A stretch of 53,335 bases of DNA, from contig QPGO01000333.1 in assembly GCA_008632985.1 (NCBI GenBank), forward strand, positions 1-53,335, given 5' to 3'. The notes under the pieces were generated by a model, which saw only the letters and a program-made list of their open reading frames with translations, was not told the DNA's origin and searched no databases. Below, piece after piece: positions 48,061-53,335 of the stretch (within the stretch, counting starts at the first letter, position 1; the number at the start of each line of letters is the position of its first letter). The DNA comes from Psammoneis japonica. Taxonomy: Eukaryota. A program made the translations under genes and the position numbers.

Positions 48061-48986
48061 CAAGCAGAAATGGAACCATGGACAAACGTTTTGCAAATGG
48101 GTGCTTCTGTCCACTTGCTTTTGTAAAAGATTGCATCTTGGCGAGTGGCTGACCGCTTGGCATGAGTGCAGTGAATCATGCACTGTGAAGAGTGTTGAAG
48201 CCGGGCCGTTGCACACTGCAAGGATTGCCACAACACAGCTAGAGTTGAGTGCCACAACTGGTTGGCATGGAAAGAATGCGTGGGGCAAACTGGGCCACTG
48301 TGGAAACCAGAGCTGACGTGACTGTCGCATGTGGACACATTTTTGCATCAAGAATCAAACGGAAAGAAATGAGCAGATCAAGCACAAGAGAGACAATCCT
48401 TGAGGTGGCTTTTGAGTGTTTGCCTCAAAGAAAGTGAAGATGTTAAATCCGGACAACAAGTGTGAAATCATGTGGCCGGGAATGGCTTTGAACGCGGATG
48501 TTCTCGACTTTCCTCTTTCAATCCTCTGAAACTGCCGGTGTGTCATTTCTGGGACCAAGTCATGACTCATGCTGCAGGTGAAAACCGAGAGACATCAACG
48601 TTCAATTTGGGGAACGACGAACAAGATCAAGCTGATGAAATCGTCATGATGGAGCAATGAAAGGAATGATGAGATGATGGCTGCCAGGCGATGACGTCAT
48701 TCGTCATCAGCACAGCAAAATCAAAGCCTGGTCGGGACCTGGCAGCGAACAGGACCCTTCCTTTTTTCCACAGAGTGTTGCAGAGACGACAACATGCAAT
48801 TGGACTAGAGAGAGGTTTTCTGTTTTCTAGTTTCCTTTTTGTGGAACACCAAACAAGAGCTGGCTCTCTGTTGTCCGCAAGAAGGGCGAGCCATCCTGGG
48901 CGATCGCGGCAATCGTTGCTTGGCGAACAACAACACATCGTGCGAGACGACGAGTTGTGATCGAAACAGCGCGAAAGAAAAAGTGT

Positions 48987-49241
48987 GAGAGTTTTTGTTT
49001 GTGTCGTGACCGTTGCTAAATTTCTCAATCACTATCATTTTCGTGTATCCGTGTAGAATTCCTACTGTACCATGATTTTGTATGTAAAAGATTCGTGGGA
49101 ACTCGGTACTTTCCAAATTATTACTAATTCCTACGTACGCTTTACGGTAACCGTGGAAAACGCAAAAAAATGTCGCCAAGGTGACGTCTTCGTTGTCGAG
49201 GTCCGAGCTCAAACATCATGCCACAAACACGGCATTCAGCA
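48987..49241 (+). repeat. Dispersed ~260-bp repeat, largely unmutated copy
   Basis: Aligns with 44467-44735 and retains TA and CG. Confidence 0.85.
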
Positions 49242-50026
49242 TGACGCGACGATGACAAAGCTCCGGATTGAGATCATCACAGACCACAGTAGTCGACAGG
49301 ATGCGTTGGCGTGTTGTTTGTGTCGATTGATATTGTATTCCCAACGAAGAAAGTGAAAAAGAAACCTTTTCCGTAGTACGTTGAGTGTTGTTGATTGTTG
49401 AGCTTGACAGAAAAAGCATTTGATTGCAGCAAAGTATGCTTTGCTCTGACGCATGCTTCTACTTTTACCTGTTTTTAATCATACCTCCAACCCATCCACT
49501 CGTATCGGTTCGTGTATTATGCCGGGTATCGAGGTCCCGGTATTCACTTTTCGGGGAGCATTTCCGCAAAATTTATCGATTTGCTCTCTCAACCTACCTC
49601 TGGCCAAGTACATGTCGTCGACACTTGGAATGACTGCATAACAAGTCCTATTCCAAAAAATCAAACAGAACTCGCTGTTGTTTTGCATTCAAGTCATCTT
49701 GTTGATTTTGCTCGTGATACTCCAATGCTGTGGGCGTCGTACGTACTCAATCAAGTCGTCCTGGGTCGGTACCTTAGCAATGGTCTGGCGCTGGATTGGC
49801 TGGACTTTTATGGAAATGCCAACAACAACACGACTATTGACTAACCAGACCGTGAATATTTTTCCATGACATCACATTGTGATTGGTGAAATCCAATTGG
49901 GAGGACTCGATACACAATCCAAAGTCGAATTGATGAGAAATGTGGGAGGTATCTACTGTAATTTCAAATGAGGGACTCAACGTGTCGGCGAATGCCAGCC
50001 TTACCGTCTAGCCGATTGAAAGCGGA

Positions 50027-50676
50027 ATGTTTCGTGGCGATCCCTTGCGACTCTGTCTTGGACTTCCTATTGAAGCCCCTCGAGATTTTGGCCTTGTCCA
50101 ACATTATGACAGAGCTAAACCTGTTGAGTGTGGAGCTCATGCCAGCCCTCAACACGTCAAGAGTGGAATCACCTTCACTAACAGTGATTCACTCGAGGGC
50201 GATGGAGACATGCCCGTCAGCAAGACGTTGTCTCTCTACTCGGCAGAATACGGCCTGCAAAAATCAAGGTAAGAAAACCGTGCCGTAGTGAATTTGTTCG
50301 AGAAAATGACTGTCGTCTCTCACGTTTTGCGACATTTTCTTTTCGGTTGCCTGAAATTCGTCACGTTGATGACAGCGGTGAGCATTCAAGAATGGAAGTA
50401 TCTGGTACTATATCGTGTGAAGGCGACGAGAACTGTAAAGAAGGCGACTACCAGTACGTGCTTCTGACTGGGAATGTTGTGGGTTCTGGTGCATGGTATG
50501 TGTTGAAAAATTTAGGAGCAGGTTTGGGTGATGGCCTCAGTGCTGTGACAGGGGCTCTGAGACAATAAGGTGTTGAAGATGCAACAAGCATAGTAGGAGC
50601 TAAAGTAATTGGTGCGGGGATCAACGGTGTTGTTACTGGGGATGGATATGGTGTCGCAATGAAATTATGGTGGTAA
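50027..50676 (+). pseudogene. Decayed gene fragment with Gly-rich amphipathic C-terminus, function unknown
   Basis: Protein-like frames either side of a GTAAG donor at ~50269; GAGLGDGLSAVTGALRQ*GVEDATSIVGAKVIGAGINGVVTG is interrupted by a stop. Confidence 0.35.
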
Positions 50677-51560
50677 GTCGTTTGACGCGCCTCGATCTTC
50701 ATGATTAGTCGATTTTTAATATCTCACACTTCTAAACTTGTCGTTTCTGCAGTTGGAACAGTTAATTGCAGTACCACCAAAGTGAGTACTGCAAAGCTCT
50801 AGAGAGACATCAAACAAGTCAGCGTCTCGACGAGGCAACCCGACGACTCTGCAGAAAGACACGATGAAGTCAATTGGTGATCCGACGCCACCGTCCTCTA
50901 CTGCCAGACCGTCATCTCGATTCCCTCCCCCGAGGCGCGCAGCGCCACAAGGCTTTTGCAAACCTATCCCGTCTTCCAAAATTTAAGGATAATGCCGCAC
51001 CAATGAACAAGGTAGCTAAGACACTCAGCAACTCTCCCATTTCCAACATTGAAATTACAGGTTTGCCTCTCCGAAGGGAGGTATGGCCAGCACAACGGAT
51101 GAAGGCAAAGACTCCGCAGAGGTCTATATCGCTCAGGGTCATAATCTATGATCGTCACTCAAAAGCCGGATGATCCCAAAAGTAAGAACGCCATATGGGA
51201 TTGCAACCATTAAGTCATTTGATCCAATTTTCAACATGTATGAGGTAGCACTCGACTGGCGGCCTCTGGGCGTGCAGGTAAGCGAGCTTGCATCTCAGTA
51301 CCGGTAGAAGACAGAGGTAGCCGCAAATACCGCTCGCGAAACAAGAATGCGGCTCTAGAGTCGGTCCTTGAAACTGAAGTGACCGAGGATGCATCGACTC
51401 ACAACAGTGAGTTTTTTTAGCCAGAGCTGATTGCAGAAAGTCCGCAATACGACATCATTGTTCCCGCACCTTCCTTGAATGACTACAAGATGCAGAAATT
51501 GATACTGATCCTCATGCGACTACCACGAATTCATCGCACTTAAAGAGCCAAAGCAACGTC

Positions 51561-52911
51561 GTGCACAAGAGGAAGGATGGTGCCTTAAACGACAGCGGAG
51601 ACGTCGACGGAAAGGGAAAGGCGCAGAGCCATGCGGGCGATGACGTGACCGGTGAAATTCGTAATTGGAAGCCGATTTATGCCCGAATTCACGGCAGGGA
51701 CATTTCAAGGTACAACCCCCCCACGCTTCCAAAGCTTCAGGAAGGAGCCTCCCTGTTCTCTTCCTGGGGTGCGGAAAGCAGCAACAAAGTATCGTTTACG
51801 CCCGGTGATGACTACGCGACACCATATGGTCCAGGTACAATTGTCGAACACAGGGAAGATTTAAGTTTCGTGGCGGTTGATATGATCGGATGACACGCAC
51901 GAGCTTACCTGCAAGAGTCATATGTCGCTTGTGTTTCTGCTGGAATGTCGAGACGATTCATGCGCCAGTTCGAACAACAGCCGCGAAGGATAGTTGTCCC
52001 AAGGAGAAAACGCTTGGTTTGAGTCTTACTTCATGGACGCTTGCGGGCGAATTGCACACCATGCTGTGCTGCACTGTGGAAACTGCTCTTGCTTGGAAGA
52101 ACGTGAAACCTTCTTCCCGTTTTCTCTCCAATTTTGGGTACCCTGTTTCCAGGTGATTTCGACGACTTCATCCGGAGACAAGCAAGCGTGAAGAGCAGCT
52201 ACAATTCGAGCATGTCTATTCGACAGGTGCTGCTGCCACATCACTCTATGGGGTTGGCATCGTTAGAACAATTCCGCGACGATGACGGCTTTTACGAGAT
52301 AGATGTTACCAACTGGCATGGGGCGGATAACTCTAACGCTCTTGCGATCCTTCCAAAAGATGGCATTAGCTACCGAATAGCCAAAGGTTGCCATGAAGCT
52401 ATCCCGTTTTGACGAGCTACAGGGTTTCTCGCGCACTGGCCCCTGTTAGTTGTGCCAAATACAGGGGAGGCTGATATTTGTAAACATTTGGAGAAACTTG
52501 CGCCATTGCACTGTTGCTCAACTGACCTGCTTCTGTAACCAAAAGGAATTCACACTGTCAGTGTTTTCTGCTGGCATGGTCTGCTACCTTCAGCCACAAG
52601 ATGTAATTCGTCCGCTCAAGGCGGCCATAGGAGAAGATGTGTTGACGGCTTGCGGTAAAGGACGCGTGCTTCGGTGCCGATTGGAGGATGACATGCATGT
52701 GATGCGGTTGAAGGGTGTGAAAGCCACCCTTTACACAAAAGGAGTAACTTTTGATCGTGTAAGACATGGGATGCAAGACAGAGATGGTGCTTTTGGAACG
52801 CGATGGCTGTTTCATTTTTTCTATCAAGCCGACAAAAGAAGTCAACTAAGTCGCAGCAACAGCATCATCAGCCTTAGTGTTCGCAGCCAGAGTGGCCTCA
52901 GAGTAACGTAG
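51561..52911 (+). pseudogene. Pseudogene of a stramenopile protein with repeated TPYG-type beta modules
   Basis: ATPYGPGTIVEHR.., QFRDDDGFYEIDVTNW, VLTACGKGRVLRCRLEDD repeats; in-frame stops and frameshifts; probable intron ~52480-52545. Confidence 0.55.
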
Positions 52912-53335
52912 GACTGAACGATATAGAATCAGCCTTGTGTAGAAACTTTGATTCTAAAAGGGGGCCGGCGTTCAGGGGATCAATGTCGACGATCTTTTTG
53001 GCTTTGGCATGTTGTCGTTGGGACGAAAGGAGGCGACGGTGCGATCCTCCAACCTCAATCAAAGGGATTGACTAGTTGGAGCCTTTCTTCGCTGTCGATT
53101 GTTCGACCGGCGTTTCTAATGTGCATGAGGACGTAAGCCTCGATCTCGAAAAGTTCATTCTGTGAGCATGTAAAACGCGTGCCAAGCCAGAAAAGCGAAC
53201 GTGATCACCCACGTCTAAACAGCAGCAAACAAAATGGCATCTTGAGAACAACCTTTGCATCATCAACGTCTGTTTGTCCAGCAACACGCCAGCAGAGTTT
53301 CCAAGGAGGCAGCTGCAAAGCATTTGCTGTGGATT

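Noticed and set aside
1..48960. Classical fungal RIP or CpG deamination alone
   Set aside because: RIP creates TpA and stop codons, whereas here TpA is lost; CpG decay is present but cannot turn Tyr codons into Cys/His
1..48960. Sequencing or base-calling artefact
   Set aside because: The pattern follows element boundaries and apparent age and has a specific context; considered unlikely, though only raw reads can exclude it
1..53335. Alternative genetic code (Cys/His codons read as Tyr)
   Set aside because: The same TA->TG/CA changes occur in non-coding DNA, TIRs and LTRs, differ between paralogs, and normal Tyr codons persist in spared islands

Overview
Eukaryotic, most likely diatom (stramenopile), DNA forming a dense nest of transposons. 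In order: the end of a Mutator-type transposase; a PIF/Harbinger element with an internal 183-bp tandem array; a head-to-tail Crypton (tyrosine recombinase) dimer inside a TIR shell; a Pack-MULE-like element (9-bp TSD) carrying an intron-containing AP2-domain fragment, a MITE and a full-length Ty1/copia; a Kolobok-like element; a possible YR-retroelement gag remnant; a Plavaka-transposase TIR element containing a young non-autonomous Gypsy; a hAT remnant; and decayed host-like genes at the right end. The outstanding signal is a mutational process rather than a gene. Across most repeats TpA has been almost completely converted to TpG or CpA (Tyr codons become Cys/His; TAA/TAG stops and TA-containing target sites are erased), alongside ordinary CpG decay. 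Paralogous copies inside the window support the direction TA -> TG/CA, the reverse of fungal RIP. Surviving TAs sit mostly in TYTA/TARA contexts, and the process is patchy, sparing young insertions. This looks like a repeat-targeted 'inverse-RIP' hypermutation system; its mechanism and novelty are inferred and need checking. All family calls come from motif recognition by eye, with no database searches.
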